A stretch of DNA of 64,000 bases from Lingula anatina (taxonomy: Eukaryota; Animalia; Brachiopoda): assembly GCA_051362555.1 (NCBI GenBank), contig CM120641.1:13702001-13766000 (forward strand). The letters run 5' to 3'. Of this stretch, positions 27,873-41,325 are shown piece by piece. The first letter of the stretch is position 1. Every line of letters begins with the position of its first letter. The translations under genes were made by a program, and so were the position numbers. The notes beneath the pieces are model-generated. The model was not told the DNA's origin, made no database searches, and worked only from the letters and a program-made list of their open reading frames with translations.

Positions 27873-29002
27873 AGAGCACTTCTACTTTTAAAAAAGATAG
27901 TGTTTTAGGCCAAGTGTCTGTAAGATATCTAACTCTAGGCACAGACAGAATCTTTTTAATTCCATGAAATGATGCTTTTAACAAATTCAAGTTGTAGTGG
28001 AACAGTTCTTATCTGAAAGTACTCCCAGCTGGGAAAAATAAGTTTTTTAAATGACAACTGCACCAGTAAAATCTTTCTTCCCAAGGAAGTGAAATAAGAA
28101 CAAATGTTTTTTTTTAATTTGCTTGGTTCAGTAAACCTGGCATATTACATGCTGATAAGGACTTGTTATAATTGTCAGTTACATGTGAAGTCTGTCATAT
28201 GCTCTAACAATTCTTTGTCACTAGACAGGACCATGACTTGCAGATTCAGTGTTGTCATTCTAGATGTGTGTCCACTTTATTATACTGTGTGATATGCGAG
28301 TTCTACTGTACATCAGAATTCTGCAATTTTTTTTAATTTTTGTAGTATTTCTGCAAACCCCTCGGCAGCAAGCTGTAAAATGACAGAATGTCAAATCATT
28401 ATTCCAGCATTCAGTTGTCAGATTGGTTACGTTTAGTGAAGTCAGTATTTTGTGCATGTACAAGGTTTAAAAGCTTAAAAGTTATTTTCTGGAGTAGATA
28501 TAAATTCAAAATTCTATTATGTCAATTTTTGTCAAGTATTAGGAACTGAGCAAAATGGCCTTGCACCAGCAATAAAATATGGTCAATTTGTATGGCGTTT
28601 GGCATTATTTTATAAAATAAAATTATCGTTTTAATGCAGCTTAATTTCAACTTTAGTTTAGAGGCAATAAATTTGCTTTTTGCATGCATGGCATCTCATA
28701 ATATGTGATGATACTCCCTGACCCTATAGCTTTTGGAATTAACTGTACAAAAATTTTTTAAATGATTAAAGAAATGCTACATGTATAGAATAAACTAAAT
28801 TTATGATGATCATACAAAAGTGTACGTTACATATAAATGATTTTTAGATAATGTTCCAATCAAACCAGTAGACCTGTCCAGCATGATGGCTCTTGAGAAG
28901 AATATGCACAGGTAATGTATATGCATCTTAAATTTTATTATTATTATTATTTTTTTTTTTGACAATAATTTTGGTAAATGACCTGTCTGCAGAAAGCAGC
29001 AG

Positions 29003-29045
<43 letters not shown>
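29003..29045. repeat. Poly-C homopolymer (43 nt)
   Basis: Uninterrupted C run; similar runs at about 26507-26531, 38582-38601 (G) and 45981-46003. Confidence 0.9.
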
Positions 29046-29047
<2 letters not shown>

Positions 29048-29419
29048 CAAAGAGTGAAAATATGAAGTCAATTATAGTAGACCCTGAGAATTTTGGAGGG
29101 CAAACGGTGACATTTTGCGCGGTTTAGTACTATAAAACAGCTGGTCAAAATTCTAACTCCAAGAGGGGAATATTAGTGTGATTTGTTTTAGAAACCGAAG
29201 GGATCCCTCTGACCCCCCCCCTCTCTAGGAATCCGCCACTGCAATGCTACAAAGGAAACTCATGTTTTTATATGAATATTTTAAATGAAGCAAACACCGC
29301 CAGGTTTCAAAATATCTTGAAGCTACTGTTTTACATTATAATAAATAAAAACTAGGAAAGTGCTGAATGATACAAAATGGTAAAGGTTTTTTGTATTTTT
29401 TTTATGGGCTTGTCTTGTT

Positions 29420-29790
29420 TCCTTCTGACACCTAGCGCAAGAGCGGAGGCGAACAACCATTTTGCGAGAGGAACAAAGCGAAAGGAAAACAGCTGACCAA
29501 AACACCGTCTTTTCCCGATCGAGGAAGTTACACATATGCATACAGTATACAAGGTTCGATATAAATATACCTTATTATTTTGAAAAACTTGCATAAATTT
29601 ATCCTTGTTGAGGTGTAGAATTAGATTCATGTACTAGATACGCATTGGTAATGCCAGTGGTACAGTATGAAAAAAGCTGTAAGCGTAGACATGTAAACTG
29701 GAAGTATCCGAGATCGATTTCATGTCGAAATTAAAAAGGAAGGCAACAGGAAGTGTCGTTTAGTACAGGAGTTTTCAAAGTTATGTACGC
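29420..29790 (+). promoter_or_regulatory. Probable DCUN1D3 promoter and non-coding first exon region
   Basis: CpG-enriched patch just downstream of the TAB1 3' end with CAGGAAGTG (ETS) and CCATTTTG (YY1-like) motifs; the DCUN1D3 coding exon begins with a splice acceptor and so needs an upstream exon. Confidence 0.4.
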
Positions 29791-30804
29791 ATAAAAATAT
29801 GCTTTAAAAGCTTGGCCAAGCATTTAAAGCATTTTTTAAAAATATTTTATGAAAGGTACAGCATACGCGTTTTAAAATGACCCCAAATCATATTTTCTTT
29901 GTGTACATATCCTTCAAAGCAACCTAATATTCCCAATTCAGATATGAGAAACTGTGTAACCTGAGAAACAAAAAAGTTGCTTTTAAATTTTTTCTCAAGG
30001 AAAAAATGATTTGGCATGACGGTCTCAGAAAGATTAGCATGCATACGTGCGTGTGTGCTATTCATACAGAATCTGAAGGGTCTCAGTTAGATTTTTAAGC
30101 CTTTCAATACACACGAAAATTGACCGTTTTGGGGTATAAGTAAGCACAGCACCTGTGCTACATTTTATGGGCACATATGGGATGAAAAAGGCCAAGATAT
30201 GTTGTTACTTGGTTCAAAGTGTTAAGGGAGCATTCAGAGCCTGTTGAGCCAAATATGGCATGCACTTGAAAGCAAGCCGCATAATCCCCTAACAATAATG
30301 TAATACACCTACCCAACTACCAGGGCAGAGGTGTGGCACGGAAGGATCTAAAGTTCACGGTAGATTAGATCATGCTACCAGTTTTTAAGGTGTGTATCAG
30401 CACACGCTTCAAGGTATCAGATCAGACACTTGTACCAGGAAAGAGGGTGCCACGTCTGATACTACAAGCTGTCCTGATGCATACTTTGAAAACTGATAGC
30501 ATGATCGGATCTGATCTACGGTGAATTCGGGATCCTTCTGTGCTGCGTCTGGTAGTTGGGTAGGCCTGACGTAATGGATTCCCTGCCTCCTAAGTGTCTT
30601 CCCAGCAGGGGCAGAGCAATTAAATCCCAGCATGCTTTAAAGATCTACAGACTAGTTAGGCCATGGATCACCTGGTTGCCAGTACTCCCAAAATGTGAGG
30701 GTTAGCAGTGAACTTGATGTACTTCTATCTTGGGAGTTCAATCCCCTTGTTCTTTGGGCAATTAGGTCCTCTTTCCCTATTTTTATATTGATTTTGTTAA
30801 GTAA

Positions 30805-31315
30805 AGGGGCCCGCACACGGTGAGCATTTGTCGCGCGCCACTTGCGCTGCGCCGTTTTCTCATCGTGTGCGGGGGTATTTTGGTGAGATTTTTGCCTCAC
30901 GCGCGGCTGAGCAAAATTTCTCACGTGTTTGATTTTTTTGGTCTCTTGAGACAAATGTCTCACCGTGTGCGGGGTGCAAGCGCCGATTGCTCACGCCATG
31001 CTAACAATGCGCATGTGCCAGTAGCCGGAAACAAACAAAAATGGCAGCCCCCAGCGAAGTCAACAAAAATGTACACAGTTATAGTTAGTCTGATTGATTA
31101 ACGTGGTCACCATTATCCATTACTATCAGAAAAAACAACAATATGTAATGTTTCCTTAAACACATGATCCCACAGTTCACAGTGCGTCCGCTAGGGGCAG
31201 GCCGGGAGGCATCTCTGCTGAGCAAAGAGCGCATCGTTTGCGGGGAGCTGAGGAGCACGAGCATCTGGCGCAGCGCAAGTGGCGCGCGCCGAATGCTCAC
31301 CGTGTGCGGGCCCCT
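30805..31315. mobile_element. PIF/Harbinger-type MITE upstream of the DCUN1D3 coding exon
   Basis: 49-bp TIR AGGGGCCCGCACACGGTGAGCATT...GCGCTGCGCC with 2 mismatches; TAA duplication (30802-30804, 31316-31318); internal CTCAyCGTGTGCGGGG repeats. Confidence 0.9.
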
Positions 31316-33776
31316 TAAGGAATATTGCTGAAACCTGCTCTAACATGGTGCCCCATGCCATTTCATACCATTGTATGAGAACCTCTTAACAAATTCATAC
31401 AGAAGTGCATCAAAAAATGTCTGAGTAACATACATACACATGCATGCACACAAACAGTATCTGATTAACTTGCTGTTTTTAAATAGATGAGTATATATAA
31501 AATATTGCTTTTGCTGTATCCAAAGTGTGCTTTTGACACAATTTGTGAAATAATGAACATATTGTTACTGAAATGGTTTTTGGTTAGCCATAAGTCAGTT
31601 GAAAAAAAGTATGTGGGATTAGATTAATTCTTTTCTAACACTGTCACTTGTATATCTGCCATATCTCTAAACATGCAATTGTTTTCTGGGAAAACAGCAT
31701 GTCATGTTGATGGTTACCATGCTTCATGTTGATGGTTGCCATGATGATTTGTATGAAAAAAACCTATAAGTTCATTGTTGTAAGCTTATAATATTGGTTT
31801 TCTTTCTTATGTTTCATTTTGAAATAAAAGGAAAGGGGACACCATTGCATGTGAATAGTTATCCCACTTTAAGTTGTGTCATTTTGTTGGTGGGTGGAAC
31901 TGTAGAGCATTTGGATTTGCTTCCTATGGAGATCTGTTTAGTAATTACACAGTTTTGATAGATAGTAAAGCACAATGATAAGCCATTGATATTTTGGGAG
32001 AGCCAGTTATAAATAGTGATGCTTGGCAGGCTCATTTTCTCCGTTAATTATCCACTTTAGAAACAGTGCACTGCCAGTTCTGTGTATAACTTCAGCAATC
32101 TCCTGCTCACATAATTCCCCAACTATGTCATCAAGTGATCATATTGATGACATAGTCTTTTGAATTCATAAAGATAACTAGAACATTGCTTGTTTCCTTG
32201 TCAGAAAAGGCAGAGGATGGCCATTTTAAGCATACAGGACATGAAGTGAAAATATTAGGACTTAAATTCTTACATTGTCTTAATTCTTATTCCACTGTTA
32301 TCTCCAAACAATGCCTGTGCAATCATCAGAATGACAGCTATCATGTTAGAACTGAAAAAAATCACATGGAAAATGAAGAAAGTAATGTGAGCCTGGTAAT
32401 GATTATATATATTGTCACGGAAAAAAATTCTGTACAGATATTTTTGATGGATCTTTTTTGGTCCAGAAATATTTGAATTTAATCAAAGATTAGATAACAG
32501 GGCTCCCTTACTTCCACACTGGGTTATGAATAATACTGTTGTTTCCATATGATTTTTACAGATGTACCACTGTTTTTCTCCAGTCTTACAATTATCCACA
32601 AAACCCTCTGATAAATCCCCCAACACTATCGATATGTTTTGTGTTTCCCCATGTACTAATAATAGTTTTCCCCACTTTGCTACCAATGAATGGACAGATG
32701 TGACAAAACAGAAAATATATTGGTAGTGTTGTAGGATTTATCCATGTGTTGTGGGGAAAATCATAAGACTGGAAGAAAACAACAGTAAATCTGTAAAAAT
32801 GGTTTGGATACAACAGGAATGTTCATCATTGTGTAGGACACCGTAGATATGGAGCAGTGGATAAGCAGGATTGGCTTCACAAATAAATTTTAGTCCAATT
32901 TTCAATATTGCGATGCAGATAGAATTAACTTATATCTTATGCTGTTTGATGTCCTGAATCTAGGACATATTTTGTTCGAGTTCAGCCTTATTTGTATACA
33001 TACGGGCCCTGCATTTCAAACATGTGTTGTCTGATTCAAGATTTAAGTTAACATATTTAATGCAAGTTCTTCTTGAATATATATTTTCATTGGTGAATCT
33101 GACATAGCTAAAAAACAAAATAAAGATATGTCAATGTCACTTACTCTTTCTAAAATGTTCTAAAGTAAAAAAAGTAGTAAAGTAGTAAAATGTAGTAAAA
33201 GTAGTAAAATGTAGATTAGAAACGGATTGTCATCCCATTCTAGAAATTGTTTGCAGGCATTTATTAATTCTCTTAGGTTAGACAATTATGTTTTTGGGCA
33301 GGATTCTCTTTTTTTTCTCTAGCCTTTGGCTGACATGTGCGGTAATGGAAAAAATTTATCAGTTGTTCAGATACATAATTTTGGAATCATTAAAAAAATT
33401 CTATGTAGCATTTTGGTGCTTTTACTTTATAGAATAAAACTATTATGTTCTAATTTTAAGAATGTATTACTAAAAAAAAATACAGTATCTGTAAAATTCA
33501 CAATTTTCCAGGTTGAAATGATGGAGTCATTGCTGTATTCATAAATTTCTACTAGAATGAGCCTTAACACTCTGCCAAATTTTCTTTGTAAACTTAGCTT
33601 AGAGTCATTTAAATAAGAATGTGAGCTTCATTGCTTTGCCATCGCCTCACGTCTGATCCAAGTTCAGACATATTAACACTGTATAACATACTGCTCTCTT
33701 TCCATCATGCATAGTCAACCACAGTGTCAGGCAAAATCAGCATTATTAGACCGTGTATTATTCAGTGGCCTGTAAA

Positions 33777-33838
33777 TTTCTGGTTACAAGCTTAAATGAG
33801 ACCTCCTTTTCTGGTTACAAGCTTAAATGAGACGTCCT
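33777..33838. repeat. 31-bp tandem duplication
   Basis: TTTCTGGTTACAAGCTTAAATGAGACsTCCT twice, one mismatch. Confidence 0.9.
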
Positions 33839-34139
33839 TATGGTGAATAATTTTGCTTCAGTCATTTGTTTTACATTAGTTGTGTTGTTTTTTCTTTGTT
33901 TGGGTTTAATTTTGTACAGAAAGAAAAAATAGAAAAGGTTTCCTGTTTGAAGTGTAGATGCATTGTACTAGTTTTCAGGTGAATTTAATACAAGGCTGGA
34001 ATGGTTAAAATACAGATATGTCTCATACAAGACGTTATTTCCTAACTCTATATGACTAACTTTTTAATTTGATAAAGGGTTATTTATTAAGTACTCCCAA
34101 TTCTCCCTGTGCCTGGTGCCATACCCTCATGTGAACATG

Positions 34140-34143
<4 letters not shown>

Positions 34144-34178
<35 letters not shown>
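34144..34178. repeat. (AG)n microsatellite
   Basis: Perfect dinucleotide run. Confidence 0.95.
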
Positions 34179-34181
<3 letters not shown>

Positions 34182-35737
34182 TATTAAAGAATTTGGAGAA
34201 GTTCATTAAACGAGTGACTGCTATGTTGTAGTACATAAACTATTTAACATTGGCCGTGGTTGGTGACACAATGAAATTAGTAATATGTAAACCCATTTAT
34301 GTAACAGACCACATGAATACTGAATTCCTCATTGATCCAACACCAGAACCAATCAATGAACATGTGCACTTGTACCATTGATCCTATATTCTAGGATATC
34401 CTGTTAAATTAAGATAAGAACTACAGATTTAAAATCAGTGTCTTCTAATTGCTTTGTGAAATGATCCCATGCTATACCACCTGTTATAGAAATAGGTAAA
34501 GATAATAGGGATATTATCGACTTTCCTTTTTTCCATGGTAAGGGGGGAAAAAACCTGTTTCACACATCTTGAAAGAAATTTAAGTATTCAAAGTAACCAT
34601 AAAAACAGAAGTAGGAACAATAGTAGCATATTTTACTTATAGTTTAGGCATGGTTGTTTATGATCTTATCCTCTTTTTTTTTTCTGGTAAGACTTAGGTG
34701 TTCATTTTCTGCCTTATTACTCCTACACAGGTTGGCCAATCCAGCTTGGGATGGTAATATACCTCAAGCTGACATGTATAATACTCTTATCTAATTCCTG
34801 GTTAACAGGTAAGGTTATTATATTGCACAGCATGGCCTCCTGGTAAGTGGAGTAATGTTATAGCTTTTCTTTCTGAGAAATGTCAATATATCTGTCAGAT
34901 CTCAAATTCCAAGAATTGTGGAAGCATTCTGTTGTTCATTTGAGGCATTGTATAGATTTAGCAATATATATACTTGACAGGATGTGCTAAGCAAAAAATT
35001 AGAAGGTGACACAAGGTATGACTTCTTACATCTTTCCTTTTGAAATGAATCTCTTCCTTATAGATACTATATCGCACTACTTTGTTGGTGGTATAAAGAC
35101 AGATTTTATATCCATCAAATTACAAGGAAGATAAATGTCTTGTGACAGTAAAGACCACAGCTTGGCTATTCTTCTTTGTTTAAAGTCATTACCATGGGGC
35201 AAGTCATTATCATAATTTAGTGGTTGCATTTACATGTACAAGTAGCAAAGAGCTGTGTCACACAACAATGTCAGCCATGCTCTCTCATCTGATGGATAGC
35301 CAAAGCTGGCTTCTATGACAGATGGGAAAGGCAGCACTGAGTAGGATGATACAGGGATTAATATGATTATATCTTAGTGTGAATTGAATTTTCTCTTGGT
35401 TTCTGTTCTTCCAGGGATTGAATGGCCAAGCTGTCTCTCCTGTGTAATGGTGAAGTCAAACTGGTGTGAGTCACCAATGTAAAGGTAGGTTAAAACAGTC
35501 TTCCTTGTTTTCATGTGTGAATATTATCACCTGAACTGAAGTGTAACATACATCAGATGCAGATATTAACACTTATTCAGTACCAATGGGCTAGTGCCAG
35601 GTAGACTTCTACATTTTACAATTTTCGTGTTGATTTTGTGACCTAGTACTGGTAAGTGTATTATTAGGTAATTTTGTCATATGGAGTTATCATTTGCCTT
35701 TCTATTTTTCAGTCTTTCTTTTGATTATTTTTATTTC

Positions 35738-36710
35738 TTTATTAGTACCACCCGTGTCAGGTCTGGCGGTACTCATGGTTTTAATCCCAACCTGTCTCTT
35801 GTCAAAATTTTTGAAAATTAATACCAAATATCTCCCAAACTGAAGGAAATATGAGAAAAAATTACCATAGAAGTCTGACCAAAAAACACGTGGAGATTTC
35901 AAATATGACCTTGGATTTGACCTTTGACCTATATTTTAAGGTCAAATGGGCCAAAATTTTGTAAGAATTAAAAGTTATGTAAAAAAATATTTATTTGTTC
36001 TGATTTTCAGCTGCACTTTGGGTCTCCATTCATATTCGTGAGTTTGGGATCAGTTATTGCATTTTCATGGAAGAAGCAGCCATTAGAGAAACTGAAAACT
36101 GAAAACTTTCTTTATTATGGAACCATAAAAGCTAGATACCTTTTGTTCATTGCATTTTGTAGAGCTTGACAAGTGCAAGCTGGGAAGTGTTTTTTTTTTT
36201 TTTGTCTCCATACAGTTTAGGGATTGCACTTTTTGAATAAAGTACAATGTTGCAAAGCTCCATAGTGAAGATTTTAAAAAATAAAACGTGAAATACTCCA
36301 AAATTAGCAGATAAAAGTCCATTGTTGCTCTTGATCTAGAGTAGAAAATCATATATTGGCAATACTTATAATGTGACTTTATATTTGACATTTGACCTAC
36401 TTTTCATTATATAATGCACATTGCAAATTTTCTAGCTCTTATATCTCCAAAACTGGGAAAGATACACCTGTAGGTGCTATTGAACTTGAATAGGAAATCG
36501 TATACTGGGAATCCTAATGTGACCATGAATTTGACCTGTAACCTACTTTTTGCTATGAAATGTTCTTTGCATTTTTTTCTAGCCCTTAATTGTATCTCCA
36601 AAACTAGCAGATATATGCCCAAAGACACTATTAAACTTCAATAACAAACATTTATTAGAAACTTTATATAGCCTTAAATTTGACCTTTGCCCTACTTTAA
36701 AATGCACTTC
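35738..36710. mobile_element. Helentron/HINE-like element with internal tandem core repeats
   Basis: Starts TTTATTAGTACC...GGTACT (short inverted repeat), followed by degenerate units sharing TATCTCCAAAACT and TTTGACCTTTGACCT motifs, the architecture of DINE-1/pearl-like elements. Ends approximate. Confidence 0.5.
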
Positions 36711-37608
36711 GCATATTAACCAGCCACTGTTTCTTCACAACTAAAACAGTCTACATCCATAGCTATCATTGGACTTGAATGAGTTTAATCTCACTTGTGG
36801 TACAATATCTGGCAGCAATATCTCAGTTCCCCTAGTTCCCCTGCTCAGTTCCCCTGCTCAGTTCCCTTAGTTTCATTTTGTCATTGCTGTTGTTTCTAAT
36901 CCCTATTTGTATTATAGGTCAATATATTGAGATACGATGTTGATTCATTATTGTAATTTTTACACAGGTAATATGGATGTAATGGCAGTGCTTTGATATA
37001 CTTTCATGAACACACATACATACACATTTCAACAACACCTGGATTGCATACCTGTTATAACATGAAAGAGGTCATCCATCATCCATATACCTAAGAAATT
37101 TCCAGTGTGTTTTTCTTATTATTAACTTCCCTTGGTATTTTACTGATTTATATTTCTTTGTTTCCACAAAAACTCTTCATTATTTGCCAGTTACCAGGTT
37201 TATTGTCCTTTTCTTCGATACATGGTGACTCATACATAGATGCTCAGTACATTTTCAAGGTGATTTTGTAAGTATCAGAGCTGAGGCCAACAAACAGTGA
37301 TATTTTGTTATTTTGTTGATGTTGTTTGAGATGTTCATGTATATGTGGCAGTATTATGATTTCTGTGTGCAACATTGATATATTTGTTTATTTATTTATT
37401 TTTTTAATTTTTTTTTAAGAGCAACAAGGAAATCTGACAGATAGCTTGGTATCGGCATTTAAAGACAACCTTTACTGCATTGAGACTGGATTCAGCTTTT
37501 AACTGTACTAAACTGAACTGGAGTGAAGAAACTCGGAATTGACACAGCAGAAGCACAGGTGGTAATCGTCTGTAAGTCCGTTAAGAACCCTGGTGTTCTG
37601 TATTCACT

Positions 37609-38475
37609 ATGGGTCAATGTCTTTCTGGCAAGGAGGACTCTTCAAATCCTACAAGAGACAGAGAGACACATCTACAGAGGGAATTAGTGACTACAAAGAC
37701 TAATTCTGCACAAAACTCCAGTAGACAACAGTCAGAAATGTCCATCCATTCTTCAGGAAGCTCTCAACAACTCTCAGGAAGCAAAGTGTTTGCTTCTTAT
37801 CCTAGGTTGCCCCCAATTCGCAAATCTCAAAACAATAATGACACTAAGAGGCTCTCATTAGAGTGCTCAGATGGAAAAATCAATGCCTTATTTGATCAAT
37901 ATAGAAATGAACCTGAAGCTATGACAGAGGATGGCATATTGAAGTTTTGTGACGACCTAGGGTTGAAACCTGAGGACTTTTCTGTGTTGCTCTTTGCTTG
38001 GAAGTGCAATGCTGAAATGATGGGACGATTCTCACGCAGTGAGTTTGTCTCTGGCTGCAAGAGTATGCGTGTGGACAGTGTCAAAGGAATACAAGGAAAG
38101 CTCCCTCACTTACTTAATGAAGTTCAAAACAAACAGTCATTTAAGGAGCTCTATCGCTGGGCCTACAAGTTCACTTTGACTGTTGAACCAGGGCAAAGAA
38201 CTCTCTCTACAGAAGTAGCCATTCAGATGTGGAAAATTGTTTTTACTCAAAATGCACCCCCATTACTTGAGCCTTGGCTACATTTCCTGGAAAAACATGA
38301 GGGTATACGTGGCATCCCACGAGACACCTGGGACATGTTTTTACACTTCACAGAGCAAGTAGGCAGTGACCTGAGCAACTATGACGAGTCTGAAGCTTGG
38401 CCTAGCTTGCTTGATGACTTTGTGGAATATGAAAATGATCTCCAAAATCAAAATGTTGTTGCCAGTCTCACTTAG
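37609..38475 (+). CDS. DCUN1D3: DCN1-like protein 3 (cullin neddylation co-E3), single coding exon, 288 aa
   Basis: N-terminal MGQC lipidation motif instead of a UBA domain; EF-hand-like and PONY/cullin-binding domain (FCDDLG, LLFAWK, IPRDTWDMFL, YDESEAWPSLLDDFVE); splice acceptor at 37418-37419 upstream of the ATG. Confidence 0.95.
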   Translation: MGQCLSGKEDSSNPTRDRETHLQRELVTTKTNSAQNSSRQQSEMSIHSSGSSQQLSGSKVFASYPRLPPIRKSQNNNDTKRLSLECSDGKINALFDQYRNEPEAMTEDGILKFCDDLGLKPEDFSVLLFAWKCNAEMMGRFSRSEFVSGCKSMRVDSVKGIQGKLPHLLNEVQNKQSFKELYRWAYKFTLTVEPGQRTLSTEVAIQMWKIVFTQNAPPLLEPWLHFLEKHEGIRGIPRDTWDMFLHFTEQVGSDLSNYDESEAWPSLLDDFVEYENDLQNQNVVASLT

Positions 38476-40278
38476 TATTGGCCCAATCAAAATGAGTCTA
38501 CTTAAATGATATTGCTTATATTAGCAAGCAAGGTTTCTGATTATGATTTCCATGTTGTTGAGGCTCTAGTCACATAAATGAGGGGGGGGGGGGGGGGGGG
38601 GTTAAAAAATACATATCTATGATAGAAATATATAATTCTGTAGTTTGGTTACAGATCTTTATCATGTTAGATATGAGTAAGCATTTTAATGTATCGCTTG
38701 TCTATTTTGTTGCACATGTAGGTAGCTTTTGTAATCAGAATCATGATCATATTAATAACAAGATTGTTTAAGTGGGATGTTTCCAAGCCTTTCTTTTTGC
38801 ATATACCAGGACAGATAGGGATCTGTCAATATTATTTAACAAAACTGTGTGAAATGTATGGAGATAAGCTGGTAAGTAATTGGCCATTGGTGGAACATTA
38901 ACAATATGTCCAAATAGGATCAAATAGAAGCAGCCAGACATGAGGTCAAAACCCCAACATATGTGTTGGCTCTGTTGGTAAAGCTAGAATGAGGATTTTC
39001 ACTGATAGACTACCTATTGAAGTTAATAACTATGTCATTATAATGATTTCAGAATGTGTACTGGGTGCCTTTTTTATCAGGGCTATTGTTTTTCTTCATG
39101 ATGGTATTCGGAGCCAGTTGTTTTCAAGTGAGGCTTTTGTATGGCTCTTTTTTAGTGTTGTGAAATATGTGTTGTCATACCTTGTGGGTGTAACTGTATC
39201 AGTTGGAGTTTTTAGCGGTAGCATATTCATGTATAAATGGGGCAATACATTGTCAGGCTATGAGTTGGAAACAGACTGCCTTGTCTGAAGTGCTAGACAA
39301 AATTCTATTTCATTTATAATTAGTTTTAGATCAGCAGCATCTACAAAGAAATAAACAATGAACAAAATATACAAAGTATGTCTATTTGCCTTGATTTACA
39401 GCAGAACTGTCAATAATTCTGAATGTAAATGATCTCAGTTATTCTATTTTATGTTAATGAAAGATTTGCTGCCTCTTTGTACATTTGCTTTTGTGATTAA
39501 AAGAAAAAACGAGGCAGGTTAACATTTTAGAAAAAGCCAGTTTTAGCTGTAATGCATCTGATTATTCACAGCATATACCTTCATTAATAGGCATAAGGTT
39601 TTTACCCTGAGGAAGAAGTACTAAATGTCTTGGAAATACTCATATCACATGATCTATATTATTGGCTGTGATAATCTGTGTCTGTTCATATAGCACAGAT
39701 ACATTTTGACAATCAGTTTTATCTCATTAGATATAATGTGAGTTGAGTGAAAATGTTATCATGCATTACTATTTATTTCGAGAAGCAGTAAATCTGATGC
39801 CTAATAATCAGTAATATGTTATGATTGAAAATGATGCAGCATGTGCTATAGTTTTCCAGTTTTGCCACAGGATTTTGATATGCCAGTATTTTTGTTTTAG
39901 ATTTTCAGTAAACAAAAGTCAGAAAGTACATTTTTAACTTTCTGTTAAATGATAAGTGAAGCTCATTTAGGATAAAGTTTATTTCAACCAGTTGTCTGTA
40001 AGGATTTCTTTGTGAACATGTCGTCAGTGCAATATGTTTGTATAATGAGCTTTGTATGAACAGACCATAGCGCACCACTTGCTGTTTAATAAACAGGTGC
40101 TTTTTGCGAGATAAAAAAATTAATGTAACATATTCATTGTACTGTAATGCATTCATTTCAAAAAAGTAAAATTAAAGTAAAATTGATTGTGTGTATAACT
40201 CTGGTATATTTATATATTTGTATACACATACATATATATATATATGGGCTTAATTTTAATGATCAGTTTACTTTATAT

Positions 40279-41102
40279 CAGTGTACCATGAAAATCTGAC
40301 TCCCCTAAAAGGCGACTCCCCAGTCAGAATTTTATTATGAAAAGTCGACTCCCCTAATGAAATTTTGACTCCCCCACAAAACTTCATATATCTTATTTTA
40401 TTTTGGTATGACTTTTGAGTTGTACTATGCATGATGGAGGATACATTGCCACTTTTTGTTAGTTTGCAGGTGAAAATGCTTATGAGAAAATAAGAAAATT
40501 AAAAATGTGTATTTTATCACCCAATGACCCCCGTATGAAATGCTATTTATTTGATATTTTAAAAATTATCAATTTTCCCCAAAAGCTTCCCCCCAAACTT
40601 TCAAATACTAACAAAATATACATCACAATGCAAACTATGTGGAAAATAATGGAATGGTGACTAAATATAAAATAGGGCCTTTTCTTCATGCCAAATTCTA
40701 TGGGTATGAAAATGAAGATTTTTTGTGATTATTTTTTTTTTCATTTTTCCACCCTATATTTTACCATCAAATTTTCAAATATTTTCATTGTATTTCCATA
40801 AAATAAACTAAAGGAAAGATGTTGAAATGATCACCAAATATCAAATAAATAGCTAAGAAATAGCTTTTTTATAGGGGAGTCTTTGGGTGGTAAAATACAT
40901 ATTTTTATTTTCCCTTGAGAATTTTCACTAACAAGAAGTGCCAATGTATCCTCCATTATGCATACTACAAGATAAAAGTCATATTCTCAAATAAAATAAG
41001 ATAAAGTTTTGTGTGTGGGGGGGGGGTGTCAAAATTTCATGGGCGAGTTGGATTTTCATTACGAAATTTTGACTCTGGGAGTCAGATTTTCATGTTACAC
41101 TG
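40279..41102. mobile_element. Foldback-type non-autonomous DNA transposon with long inverted arms
   Basis: Termini CAGTGTACCATGAAAATCTGACTCCC and GGGAGTCAGATTTTCATGTTACACTG; inverted similarity continues about 270 bp inward (e.g. ATGCATGATGGAGGATACATTG versus CAATGTATCCTCCATTATGCAT); repeated ATGAAAwTyyGACTCCCC units. No clear TSD. Confidence 0.85.
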
Positions 41103-41298
41103 GTTCAAAGACTGCTAAACTAGTTTTCAGTATTTAGACATTTAATATAATCTAGCAGGCTTTCAACAATGTTTTTGATCAGAATACATAATATAAAAAA
41201 TTCTCCATCTTTGGTTATTTGATTAGTCTAAAAGTAAATTTGAAAATTGAACCAGGCACAATGAATATACGAAAATGATTTATATTATTAAAATTTTG

Positions 41299-41325
41299 AA
41301 TAAAAAGTGTAATAAAACTTTTATT
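41299..41325. terminator. Clustered opposing polyadenylation signals between DCUN1D3 and the PH-domain gene
   Basis: AATAAA on + at 41299-41304 and 41311-41316; TTTATT (AATAAA on -) at 41320-41325. Confidence 0.45.

Noticed and set aside
25107-29241. Inverted CAGTGGCrGATT ends flanking TAB1 exons 4-7 (gene capture by a transposon?)
   Set aside because: No TSD and both ends are degenerate; more simply two independent fragments of a common repeat.
30693-30750. tRNA-like B box (GAGTTCAATCCCC)
   Set aside because: No cloverleaf; at most a decayed SINE head.
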